Part shown: positions 55,728-64,000 of the stretch, piece after piece
Position numbering within the stretch: the first letter of the stretch is position 1
How the letters are laid out: the number at the start of each line of letters is the position of its first letter
NCBI GenBank assembly: GCA_963708135.1
Contig: OY970192.1
Location: 1,920,001 to 1,984,000 of the forward strand
Length of the DNA: 64,000 nt
Direction: 5' to 3'
Source of the DNA: an uncultured Gemmatimonadales bacterium
Lineage (GTDB): Bacteria; Gemmatimonadota; Gemmatimonadetes; Longimicrobiales; RSA9
Program-made: the position numbers and the translations under genes
Notes under the pieces: generated by a model
Database searches by the model: none
What the model saw: the letters and a program-made list of their open reading frames with translations, nothing else
What the model was told of the DNA's origin: nothing

Positions 55728-56383
55728 CACGTGCGGCCCGCCGGGTCCGGCGCCTCCCTCGGCGGCGGCGGGATCGGCATCCCCCGCTCCGCGGGGAAGA
55801 CGGCACCGGCCGAGAGGATGTAGGTGAACGCCTCCTCGAGCGTCATGGGCAGCCGCACGACGGAGGCGCGCGGCACGATGGTGAGATAGCCGCTCGTCGG
55901 ATTCGGCGTGGTGGGCACGAAGACCGTGACGGCGTCGGCGACCCGTGCGCGCATGAGCGGCGGAGCGTCGGCTGTGAGGAAGCCGATCGCCCAGAGGCCT
56001 TCCGAGGGATACTCCAGCATGACGACGTCCCGGAAGAAGCGCCGCTCCTGGCTCAGCACGGTGCGCACGATACGGTTCGAGGCGCCGTAGATCCGGCGCG
56101 CCACCGGCAGCCGCTCGAGCCAGCCGTTCCAGAGGCCGAGGAAGCGGGAGCCGATGGTGCGCTCGGCGGTCCAGCCGACGCCCACCAGGACGACGAGCAG
56201 GACGAGCAGGCCGAGCCCGGGGATGCGCACGCCGAGCGCCGGATACAGGAATCGCCCGAGCAGCCCGTCCAGCCGCTGGAAGATCCACCAGACCACGTAG
56301 GCCGTGATTCCGACGGGCGCGATGACGATCAGCCCGGCAATGAGGTGGCGGCGGAGGGCGCGCGCCGCACGGCCGCGGCTCAC
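55727..56383 (-). CDS. DUF502 membrane protein
   Basis: LERLPVARRIY, VFVPTTPNPTSG, ILSAG. Confidence 0.88.
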   Translation of the reverse strand: MSRGRAARALRRHLIAGLIVIAPVGITAYVVWWIFQRLDGLLGRFLYPALGVRIPGLGLLVLLVVLVGVGWTAERTIGSRFLGLWNGWLERLPVARRIYGASNRIVRTVLSQERRFFRDVVMLEYPSEGLWAIGFLTADAPPLMRARVADAVTVFVPTTPNPTSGYLTIVPRASVVRLPMTLEEAFTYILSAGAVFPAERGMPIPPPPREAPDPAGRT

Positions 56384-56835
56384 GGTGCCATCACCTGCGA
56401 GAGGATCCGCTCCTGGAGCAGCCACATGGCGCTCCGCTCGCGCTCGGGGCCGGCGGGATGGTCCTCGCCGAGCACGTGGAGCGTGCCGTGGATGGCCAGC
56501 CGGGCGAGCTCGTGGCGCGGGGGGACGCCCAGCTCGGCGGCCTGCCGGAGCGCCTGCTCCCAGCCGATGTAGACATCGCCGAGCGGGGGCTCTCCCGGCT
56601 CGTGGAGTGGGAAGGAGAGCACGTCGGTGGGCCCCGCGTGGCCGAGGTAGCGCCCGTTCAGTTCGGCGATGGACGCGTCGTCCAGCAGGGTCAGCGAGAG
56701 CTCGCCCGATGGCTGCTCGCGCGCCTCGAACGCCGCGCGGACCGCCGCGGCGAGCAGGGCCCGGAGCGCGGGACCCGGACCGAGCCGGACCCGGGGCGGC
56801 GCACCGGCCCGGTTCACGTGGACCCGGACCCGCAT
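56380..56835 (-). CDS. ybeY: rRNA maturation factor YbeY
   Basis: PTDVLSF, GDVYI, HGTLHVLGEDH. Confidence 0.94.
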   Translation of the reverse strand: MRVRVHVNRAGAPPRVRLGPGPALRALLAAAVRAAFEAREQPSGELSLTLLDDASIAELNGRYLGHAGPTDVLSFPLHEPGEPPLGDVYIGWEQALRQAAELGVPPRHELARLAIHGTLHVLGEDHPAGPERERSAMWLLQERILSQVMAP

Positions 56836-59105
56836 CAGGAGCCGCGGGAGGCGCCGTGGTGCGTCGCGGCGACGGGGTGCGCCTCCGGCGCCTGCGGCCG
56901 CTGGGAGGCGGGATAGTCGATGCGGTGGTGGTACATCCCCGTGAGCAGGCTCGCGAACTGCTCCTTGATGCGCGAGATCTCGCCGAGCGTGAGGGAGGTC
57001 TCGTCGAGCTGGCCCTGCGCGATCTTGCCATCCACGATGCGGTCCACCAGCTCCCGGATGTGCTCCGGCGTCGGGTCCTGCAGCACGCGGGCGGCCGACT
57101 CGACGCCATCGGAGAGCATCGTGATGGCGGTCTCCTTGGACTGCGGGCGCGGTCCCGGGTAGGCGAACTCCGCCGGGTTCAGCTCGGCGTCCGGGTTCGT
57201 CTCCCTGGCCTGCTTGTAGAAGAAGCCGATCGGCTGCGTCCCGTGGTGCTCGGCCACGAAAGCGCGCACGGAATCGGGCAGCTTGTACTCGTCGGCGAGG
57301 CGGAGCCCCTCCTGCACGTGGCCACGCACGATGGCGGCGGAGGTGGCGGGCTTCAGGCGGTCGTGCGGGTTGCGGCCCTGCGGCTGGTTCTCGATGAAGT
57401 ACTGCGGCTTGGCGATCTTGCCGACGTCGTGGTAGTAGGCGCCCACGCGGGCCAGCAGCGGGTTGGCGTCGATGGCGCGCGCGGCGGCTTCCGCCAGATT
57501 CGCCACGCTGATGGAGTGCGCATAGGTCCCCGGCGCCTCCAGTGCCAGCCGCTTGAGCAGCGGCCGGTTCATGTCGCCGAGCTCGAGCAGCGTCTGGTCC
57601 GTAGTGATGCGCGTGAAGAGCTCGAGCAGCGGCAGCACGCCCATGGCGACGAGCGCGCTGGCCACGGCGTTCAGCGTTCCCCAGATCCCGGCCCACAGCA
57701 CGTCGTGCGCGCTCTGCGAGCGCAGCATCCCGAGCGAGATCGCGGCCAGCAGGTAGGCGGCAGCGATGATGGCGACGAACACCCACGTCTGTGCTCGCCG
57801 GCGCACGACGCGCACGCTGAGCGCCGCGGCCGCGCCGCCCATGACCATGGTGAAGAGCACGGTGATGCCGAGGAACGGCGTCTGGCCGCTGAGCAGCACG
57901 GCCATGATCAACGCGAGGTTGAGCGCGAGCCGCCCGTCCCAGAGCGCGGCCGCCACGAGCGCGGCGAAGGCGATCGGGATGAGGATGACGGGGGCATGCG
58001 AGCGATCGATGATGGCGGCGGCGGCCACGACCGCCATGAGGAGCCCCGACAGCACGAGGATGTGCCGGAAGTCGTGGTAGGTGCGCGGTCGATACGAGAA
58101 GAGCAGCAGCCCGAAGACGAGGAGCACGAGCAGGTCGAAGAGGATCGCGCCGAAGGTGCGCGCGCGTGCCGAGGCTCCGCCCTGCACCTCGCCCAGCCGA
58201 GTGAGCTCGTCCTGGTAGGCCCGCAGGCGCTGCAGCTCCTCGTCCCGGATCTGTTCGTGGGCGCCGACGATCTTCTCGCCCCGCATGACCTCGCCCTTCA
58301 CCACGGGCACCGCCCGGCGGGCTCGCTCGCGGGCCGCCTCCGTGGCATCGCGATTGAGGCGGATGCTCGGCTCGAAGAAGCGGATGAGCGCCAGCCGCTG
58401 CAGCTCGGCCACCCCCGGCGGGGCGTTCCACGGGAGGTGGCGCGTGGCCCGGTCGTAGAAGCGGGGCGCGGTCAGGAGCGAGTCACGCGAGACCATCTGC
58501 TCGGTGCTGCCGCGGCGGACCCGAACCTGGGGCGAGGCGCCCTCGCTGAGCTCCGCCGCGGAGGCGACCCCCGCCGGCAGCTCCTGCTTGATCGCGTCGA
58601 GGAGCGAGCGCGACAGCGCGGCGCGCGCGCGGCTGCCCCGCACGAGGTCGACGGCCTCGTCGGAGGTGGGCAGGCCGTAGCTGCCCATGATCTGGTGGAC
58701 GCGCGCGCGCACGGCCGTGCTCCCGCCGCCGTCCGCGACGGCACTGTCGAGCTTACCCAGGAAGAGGTGGACGCGGGCCTGCATCGTGTCGACGGCCGAG
58801 GGCGTATAGTCGAACACGGGGGCGACCGACGCCGCCGCCTCCGCGCGCTCGCGGTTGAGCTGCTGGTCCGTCTTGTGAATGGGGAAGGCGACCTGCGCGA
58901 TGATGTCCTTGTCCGAGACCATCCCCTTCTCGAGGATCGGAAAGTCGGGGACGGGGGCGACCGGAAACAGCAGGTGCATGAGGACGGCGAACACGACGAG
59001 GACCAGCACGCGTGCGCCGTGGTGCACGATCCCGGCCGGCCACCCCGCCGCGGGCGGGCCGCTCAACGCGTCGAGCGCGTCGCGCATGCCGAACCGGTCT
59101 GCCAC
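56835..59105 (-). CDS. 7TM-HD phosphohydrolase (PgpH/YqfF-like)
   Basis: Extracellular domain, multi-TM block, APGTYAHS, YYHDVGK, EHHGT, YPGPRP. Confidence 0.9.
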   Translation of the reverse strand: MADRFGMRDALDALSGPPAAGWPAGIVHHGARVLVLVVFAVLMHLLFPVAPVPDFPILEKGMVSDKDIIAQVAFPIHKTDQQLNRERAEAAASVAPVFDYTPSAVDTMQARVHLFLGKLDSAVADGGGSTAVRARVHQIMGSYGLPTSDEAVDLVRGSRARAALSRSLLDAIKQELPAGVASAAELSEGASPQVRVRRGSTEQMVSRDSLLTAPRFYDRATRHLPWNAPPGVAELQRLALIRFFEPSIRLNRDATEAARERARRAVPVVKGEVMRGEKIVGAHEQIRDEELQRLRAYQDELTRLGEVQGGASARARTFGAILFDLLVLLVFGLLLFSYRPRTYHDFRHILVLSGLLMAVVAAAAIIDRSHAPVILIPIAFAALVAAALWDGRLALNLALIMAVLLSGQTPFLGITVLFTMVMGGAAAALSVRVVRRRAQTWVFVAIIAAAYLLAAISLGMLRSQSAHDVLWAGIWGTLNAVASALVAMGVLPLLELFTRITTDQTLLELGDMNRPLLKRLALEAPGTYAHSISVANLAEAAARAIDANPLLARVGAYYHDVGKIAKPQYFIENQPQGRNPHDRLKPATSAAIVRGHVQEGLRLADEYKLPDSVRAFVAEHHGTQPIGFFYKQARETNPDAELNPAEFAYPGPRPQSKETAITMLSDGVESAARVLQDPTPEHIRELVDRIVDGKIAQGQLDETSLTLGEISRIKEQFASLLTGMYHHRIDYPASQRPQAPEAHPVAATHHGASRGS

Positions 59106-59107
59106 GC

Positions 59108-60088
59108 TCAGGCCTCCTCGGCCGCCCCGTCCGCGCCGGCATAGGCGCGGATGATCTCCTTCACCAGCCGGTGCCGGACCACGTCGCCGCCCTCGAGATA
59201 GACGAAGTCAATGCCGTCGATGCCTTTCAGGATCCGCTCGATCTCGAGCAGGCCGGAATCGTCGCGGCGGGGCAGGTCGATCTGGGTCTTGTCGCCCGTG
59301 ATCACCACGCGCGAGTTCAGCCCGAGCCGGGTCAGGAACATCTTCATCTGGGCGGTCGTTGCGTTCTGCGCCTCGTCCAGGATCACGAACGCGTCGGCCA
59401 GCGTGCGGCCGCGCATGTAGGCGAGCGGCGCGATCTCGATCGTCCGCGACTCCAGCGCCCGCCGCACCCAGTCGCTTGGCATCATGTCTTCCAGCGCATC
59501 GTAGAGCGGGCGGAGATACGGATCGACCTTCTCCTGGAGGTCGCCCGGCAGGAAGCCAAGGTTCTCCCCCGCCTCGACGGCGGGTCGGGCCAGGATGATC
59601 CGCTTCACGCGGTTCTTGCGCAGCGCATCCACGGCCGTGGCCACCGCCAGGTACGTCTTGCCCGTGCCCGCGGGTCCGATGGCGACCGCAATGTCGTTCG
59701 CGGCGATCGATTGCAGGTAGATCTGCTGCCCCCGCGACTTGGGCGCGATGATCTTGCGCAGCCCCGCGAGCAGGATCCGGGTGTCCTCCTCGCCCACCGG
59801 CACGGGCGGCGCGACGCGGCCGTCCGCGGCGGCGGCGACGGCACGCCGGATGTCCTCCACGCCGAAGGGCGTGCCGAGGCGCGCCATGTCCACCAGACGC
59901 TGCGCCACGGGCACGGCCCGCTCGACGTCGTTCAGCTCTCCCGACAGGACGAGGTGGTCGCCACGGAGCACGATCCGGCAGCCGGATGCGCGCGCGAGCT
60001 CCTGCAGGTTGGCGTCGTTCACGCCGGCCAGGAGGAGGTAGTCCGCGCCCTCCGCCGGAAGCCGGTGCTCGACGATCGTGCTGTCCAC
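59108..60088 (-). CDS. phoH: PhoH-family ATPase
   Basis: GPAGTGKT, RPAVEAGE.LGFLPG, YMRGRTL, DEAQN; GTG start. Confidence 0.94.
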   Translation of the reverse strand: MDSTIVEHRLPAEGADYLLLAGVNDANLQELARASGCRIVLRGDHLVLSGELNDVERAVPVAQRLVDMARLGTPFGVEDIRRAVAAAADGRVAPPVPVGEEDTRILLAGLRKIIAPKSRGQQIYLQSIAANDIAVAIGPAGTGKTYLAVATAVDALRKNRVKRIILARPAVEAGENLGFLPGDLQEKVDPYLRPLYDALEDMMPSDWVRRALESRTIEIAPLAYMRGRTLADAFVILDEAQNATTAQMKMFLTRLGLNSRVVITGDKTQIDLPRRDDSGLLEIERILKGIDGIDFVYLEGGDVVRHRLVKEIIRAYAGADGAAEEA

Positions 60089-60096
60089 TGCTCGTC

Positions 60097-61998
60097 TCAG
60101 CTCCTTCTCTCGGTCACCGCAATGTGGAGCTCGCGCAGCTCGCTCGGCTCCACGGGGGCCGGCGCTCCCTCGAAGAGGGCGCGCGCGGCCGTCGTCTTTG
60201 GGAACGCGATCACGTCGCGCAGGCTGCCCGCGCCCACCAGCAGCATCACCAGCCGGTCGAAGCCGAAGGCAAAGCCGCCGTGCGGAGGCGCACCGTAGCG
60301 GAACGCCTCGAGCAGGAAGCCGAACTTGGCGCGGGCCTCCTCTTCGCCGATGCCCAGCGCGCGGAAGATGTGGCGCTGCAGCTCCGGATCGTGGATCCGG
60401 ATCGAGCCACTGGCCATCTCGCTGCCGTTGTACACCGCATCGTACGCCCGGGAGCGCAGCCCCTCCTCGAAGAGCGCGCGGGCCGCCTCCTCGTCGAGCA
60501 CATCCGTGCCCGTATAGCGCACGAGGCGCGGCACATCCTCCGGCAGCGGCATGGTGAAGGGGTGGTGCACGGCCACGAGCTGGTTCCGCTCGACATCCCA
60601 GTCGAAGAGCGGGAACTCCGTGATCCACGCCCAGGCGTGGCGCGCCGCCTCGCGCAGGCCGAGCCGGTCGCCGAGGTGGCGCCGGAGCGCGTCCAGGGCG
60701 GCCTCCGCGCCACCGAGCCGGTGCGCGTCCGTCGCGTGGCCGTGGCTCTCGGGCACCAGGGGCGCACCGCGGAAGTGGCCGATGACCAGCACGAACAGGT
60801 CGCCGACCTGGAGGCGCACCTGCTCGACGAAGCGGTCCGCGAGCGGCCTGGCGAGGGAGCGCGCGAAGGGCCCGGCGAGGCCGTCCTCGGTGCGGCGGAC
60901 CCAGAGCGCGCCGGCCGCGCCGGCGGCCCTGGCCACGTCCGCGAGCTGGTCGAGCTCGCGGCGCGACAGCGTGGCGCCATCAGGGGCTCGGATACCCCGG
61001 ATCCGGGCGCCCGTGCCGCGGGTGTCCTGGAAGAGGCGGAACTCCGCTTCCCGCAGCAGATCCGTCACGTCCTGGAAGCGCATGTCGAAGCGCAGGTCGG
61101 GCTTGTCGGTGCCGTAGAGGTCGAGTGCGTCGGCGTAGCTCAGGCGGGGGAACGGCGTCTCCAGCTCGACGCCGAGCACGTCGCGCCACAGCGCCGCCAT
61201 CATCCCCTCGCCGACGGCGAAGACATCCTCCTCGGCGACGAAGGACATCTCCGCGTCGATCTGCGTGAACTCCGGCTGCCGGTCCTGCCGCAGGTCCTCG
61301 TCCCTCAGGCACCGCGCGATCTGGAAGTAGCGGTCGTAGCCGGCGACCATGAGGAGCTGCTTGTAGAGCTGGGGCGACTGCGGCAGCGCATAGAACTCGC
61401 CCGGGTGCACGCGGCTCGGGACCAGGTAGTCGCGCGCGCCCTCTGGCGTGCGCCGCGTCAGCATCGGGGTCTCGATCTCGAGGAAGCCCTGCCCGGACAG
61501 GTAGCGGCGGACCGACTGCGCGGCGAGGTGGCGCGCCGCGAGCGCCCGCTGGAACTCCTCCCGGCGCAGGTCGAGATAGCGGTAGCGGAGCCGGAGCTCC
61601 TCCGCCGGAAGCTCGTCGCCCTTGGCGATGGCGACCGGGATCGGCGGCGTGTCCGCGTCCGAGAGCATCTCGAGCCGGGAGACGTGGACCTCCACGGCGC
61701 CCGTGGCGAGCTCCGGGTTCAGGTTCTCCGGCGGCCTCGCCACGACCACGCCGCTGGCGGCGACGACGTCCTCGGCTCCCAGCCCGCGCGCCCGCGCCAG
61801 CACCTCCGGCGGACTCCAGTCCGGGCCGAAGGAGAGCTGCACGCGGCCGGAGCGGTCGCGCAGATCGACGAAGACGAGGCCGCCGAGATCGCGTCGCTTG
61901 TGCACCCAGCCGGCGAGGCGCACCTCGCTCCCCGCGTCCTCCGCCCGCAGCGAGCCCACCTGCGTGGTCCGCAGCGTCGTCCCCAGCGTACGGCTCAT
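60097..61998 (-). CDS. aspS: Aspartyl-tRNA synthetase
   Basis: TPEGARDY, PQSPQLYKQ, RDED..DRQPEFTQ, PPHGG. Confidence 0.97.
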   Translation of the reverse strand: MSRTLGTTLRTTQVGSLRAEDAGSEVRLAGWVHKRRDLGGLVFVDLRDRSGRVQLSFGPDWSPPEVLARARGLGAEDVVAASGVVVARPPENLNPELATGAVEVHVSRLEMLSDADTPPIPVAIAKGDELPAEELRLRYRYLDLRREEFQRALAARHLAAQSVRRYLSGQGFLEIETPMLTRRTPEGARDYLVPSRVHPGEFYALPQSPQLYKQLLMVAGYDRYFQIARCLRDEDLRQDRQPEFTQIDAEMSFVAEEDVFAVGEGMMAALWRDVLGVELETPFPRLSYADALDLYGTDKPDLRFDMRFQDVTDLLREAEFRLFQDTRGTGARIRGIRAPDGATLSRRELDQLADVARAAGAAGALWVRRTEDGLAGPFARSLARPLADRFVEQVRLQVGDLFVLVIGHFRGAPLVPESHGHATDAHRLGGAEAALDALRRHLGDRLGLREAARHAWAWITEFPLFDWDVERNQLVAVHHPFTMPLPEDVPRLVRYTGTDVLDEEAARALFEEGLRSRAYDAVYNGSEMASGSIRIHDPELQRHIFRALGIGEEEARAKFGFLLEAFRYGAPPHGGFAFGFDRLVMLLVGAGSLRDVIAFPKTTAARALFEGAPAPVEPSELRELHIAVTERRS

Positions 61999-62168
61999 TG
62001 CCGCCCCTTTCGCACGTCCGGTTTCCCGCTGAAGATGGCGGCGGCCGGGGAGCGCGACAAGAAGCCGCGCGGCCGCAAGCGCCGTCGGCTTTGGCGCATA
62101 CGCCGCTCCGAGGGGGTCGCCAGGGGCGTCGGCTCGCGCCGCCCGCGGCTGCGTGTTAGCATGGGGCC

Positions 62169-62546
62169 ATGACAGGGAAGCTGAGCGCGGGAGCGGCGCT
62201 GAAGCTGGCGGAGCTCGAGGAGTTCGACAAGAAGGTCCAGCGGGTGCACGGCCTGGTGGAGCAGTTCGCCACGTCGCGGTCCGGGACGGACACCATCTCG
62301 GCCACGCTGAAGCGCTCGCTCGGGCGGCTGAAGACGGAGCTCATGAGCGCCGGTCTGGATGCGATGTCGCAGCTGGCGGCCGGGCTCGAGATCGCCGCCG
62401 GCCGGGGCATGTCGCAGAGCACCAAGAGGCGGATCCTGCGCGAGGGCGTGGCATCGCTCCGCTTCCAGGTCGAGATGGAGCAGCGCTCGGTCCGGCAGGC
62501 GGAGCTCAAGGCGCAGGAGGCGGCCGAAGCACGGGACGGCGGTTGA
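62169..62546 (+). CDS. Hypothetical all-helical protein
   Basis: 125 aa with coding-like codon use, extended -10 upstream, hairpin downstream. Confidence 0.7.
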   Translation: MTGKLSAGAALKLAELEEFDKKVQRVHGLVEQFATSRSGTDTISATLKRSLGRLKTELMSAGLDAMSQLAAGLEIAAGRGMSQSTKRRILREGVASLRFQVEMEQRSVRQAELKAQEAAEARDGG

Positions 62547-62579
62547 GCGCCGGAAACCACGCATCCCGAGACGAAACGA

Positions 62580-62604
62580 GCCCCCGGAGCCGCGCTCCGG
62601 GGGC
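62580..62604. terminator. Hairpin between convergent genes
   Basis: GCCCCCGGAGC-cgc-GCTCCGGGGGC. Confidence 0.65.
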
Positions 62605-62634
62605 CGTTCCTTTGCCGCCGTCGAGCGCGCGGGC

Positions 62635-63093
62635 TCAGGTGCCCTCGGCTTCCTCCAGCGCGGCGTAGAACTCCTCGGCCGAGCGTGCCGCGGCCAGCCG
62701 CTCCCGCACGCTCTCCTTGCGGACGAGCCGCGAGATCCGGCTCAGCGCCTTGATGTGCGGGCCGGCCGCGGTCTCCGGGCCGACGAGCAGGAAGAACAGC
62801 CGGACGGGTGCGCCGTCCAGCGCATCGAAGTCGACCGGCTCCGCCGTGCGGCCCGCGGCCATGCGCAACTCCGGTACCGCGGCGGACTTGCCGTGCGGGA
62901 TCGCCACCCCGTTGCCGATCCCCGTCGAGAGGACGGACTCGCGCTCGCGCACGGCGCGGAGCACGTCGCCGGGGTCCTCCACGCGATCCGCGCGGGTGGC
63001 GATGTCGACCAGCTCGCGAAGGAGGTCGTCCTTGCTTGTGGCTTCGAGCGGGATCTTGATCCGCTCGGGGGTGAGCAGGTCCGTCAAGAGCAA
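62635..63093 (-). CDS. PTS EIIA component (Fru/Ntr type)
   Basis: RE..LSTGIGNGVAIPHGK; TTG start. Confidence 0.92.
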   Translation of the reverse strand: MLLTDLLTPERIKIPLEATSKDDLLRELVDIATRADRVEDPGDVLRAVRERESVLSTGIGNGVAIPHGKSAAVPELRMAAGRTAEPVDFDALDGAPVRLFFLLVGPETAAGPHIKALSRISRLVRKESVRERLAAARSAEEFYAALEEAEGT

Positions 63094-63118
63094 AGGCGCC
63101 TCGGGGGAAGGGCGATGG

Positions 63119-63171
63119 TTCCCGAACTTGTTTCAGCGCGTTAAACTAACGATCCGGTAAACGCCTATCAA
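63119..63171. promoter_or_regulatory. Overlapping divergent promoters (minus TTGATA-17-TAGTTT; plus TTCCCG-17-TAAACT)
   Basis: AT-rich patch with overlapping -10 elements. Confidence 0.45.
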
Positions 63172-63188
63172 GCCGCCAGGATCGGGGT

Positions 63189-64000
63189 ATGAGACTCTCC
63201 AACGCGGCACCCCTCGCGGCGCTGCTGCTGATTGCCAGCGGCGCGCGATCGGCGGCCGCACAGCGCGTCATCGACTGGAACATCCGGACGACGGCGGGGG
63301 CCGAGGCCGTGGTGAGCGGCGCGGCCGCCGTCTTCTGGAATCCCGCCGCCGCGGGCGCCGTGGCGGGCCGCGGTGAAGCGCTGGTGCTCGATCTCGAGGG
63401 CCCCGAGGCGACGGGGCTGCGCGGGCTGGCCGGCGCGGGCGTCGTGCGGCTGCCGCGCGGCGCCACTCTCGGTCTAGGGTACGAGCACCTCGGCATCGCG
63501 GACATCCAGCGCACGGACACCTCGCCGCTGAACACGGACGCGGACGTGATCTCCGTGGCCGAGGATCGCTTCACGGCGGTGGCGTCGGAGCCGGTCGCGC
63601 CAGGCGTATGGTTCGGCGCGATGGCGCAGTACGCGCGCGCCGACGAGGCGGTGCAGGTCGAGAACCAGGCGAGCTTCGGCGCCGGCGCGTTCGTGCGTCC
63701 CGCGGTGGCGCTGCGCCCCTCGCTCGGCGCGGCCGCCTTCACGCTCCCGGGCACCGGGGCGCGCTGGGCAGTCGGCGGGGAGGCGGACGTGCCGGGGACC
63801 ACGAAGCTGCCGGTGGACGTCCGGGTCAGCTACGGCGTGAGCGGAACGCACGGGCCGAACGCCGTGACCCACCGGATCGCGGGCGTGGTGGGCTGGCGGG
63901 GCCGGGCGCTCCTTTCGGTGGGGGCGGCGGCCGAGCCGAGCGCCGGCGGCCGGAGCTGGCAGCCCATGGCCTCGGCCGACCTGCGGATCGCGCGCTACAT
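63189..64000 (+). CDS. Secreted outer-membrane barrel, PorV/FadL-like (partial)
   Basis: Manual translation MRLSNAAPLAALLLIASGARSAAAQ..AAAVFWNPAA; open to window end. Confidence 0.6.
   Translation, partial: MRLSNAAPLAALLLIASGARSAAAQRVIDWNIRTTAGAEAVVSGAAAVFWNPAAAGAVAGRGEALVLDLEGPEATGLRGLAGAGVVRLPRGATLGLGYEHLGIADIQRTDTSPLNTDADVISVAEDRFTAVASEPVAPGVWFGAMAQYARADEAVQVENQASFGAGAFVRPAVALRPSLGAAAFTLPGTGARWAVGGEADVPGTTKLPVDVRVSYGVSGTHGPNAVTHRIAGVVGWRGRALLSVGAAAEPSAGGRSWQPMASADLRIARY

Overview
GC-rich bacterial chromosomal window, mostly core genome and mostly minus-strand. Gene content and order suggest Gemmatimonadota/FCB affinity; this is inference, not a database result. Housekeeping blocks: recN-nadK-dxs-ispA-xseBA-folD-rny-zapA-pheTS-rplT-rpmI-infC, pepA-icd-gltA, tRNA-Leu(CAA), nfeD-floA, rpmA-rplU-rng, and aspS-phoH-pgpH-ybeY. 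There are two acyl-CoA catabolic clusters: a TetR-led paa-like lower pathway, and a B12 mutase/MeaB/carboxyltransferase/split-AtuA/hydratase cluster. No CRISPR array, prophage, integrase or transposase was seen. Best leads: (1) the B12 mutase has isobutyryl-CoA-mutase (Phe/Gln) rather than methylmalonyl-CoA-mutase (Tyr/Arg) residues and sits with a split AtuA system, pointing to an undescribed branched-acyl-CoA route; (2) a GTTC-N7-GTTC LexA-type box over the recN promoter; (3) a promoter-to-terminator ~80-nt RNA with two GGA-loop hairpins before an orphan FeoA-like gene; (4) an ERIC-like 164-bp MITE; (5) an L20 leader plus an AUA start at infC; (6) a structured rny leader; (7) a frameshifted symporter. 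Start codons were refined by eye.
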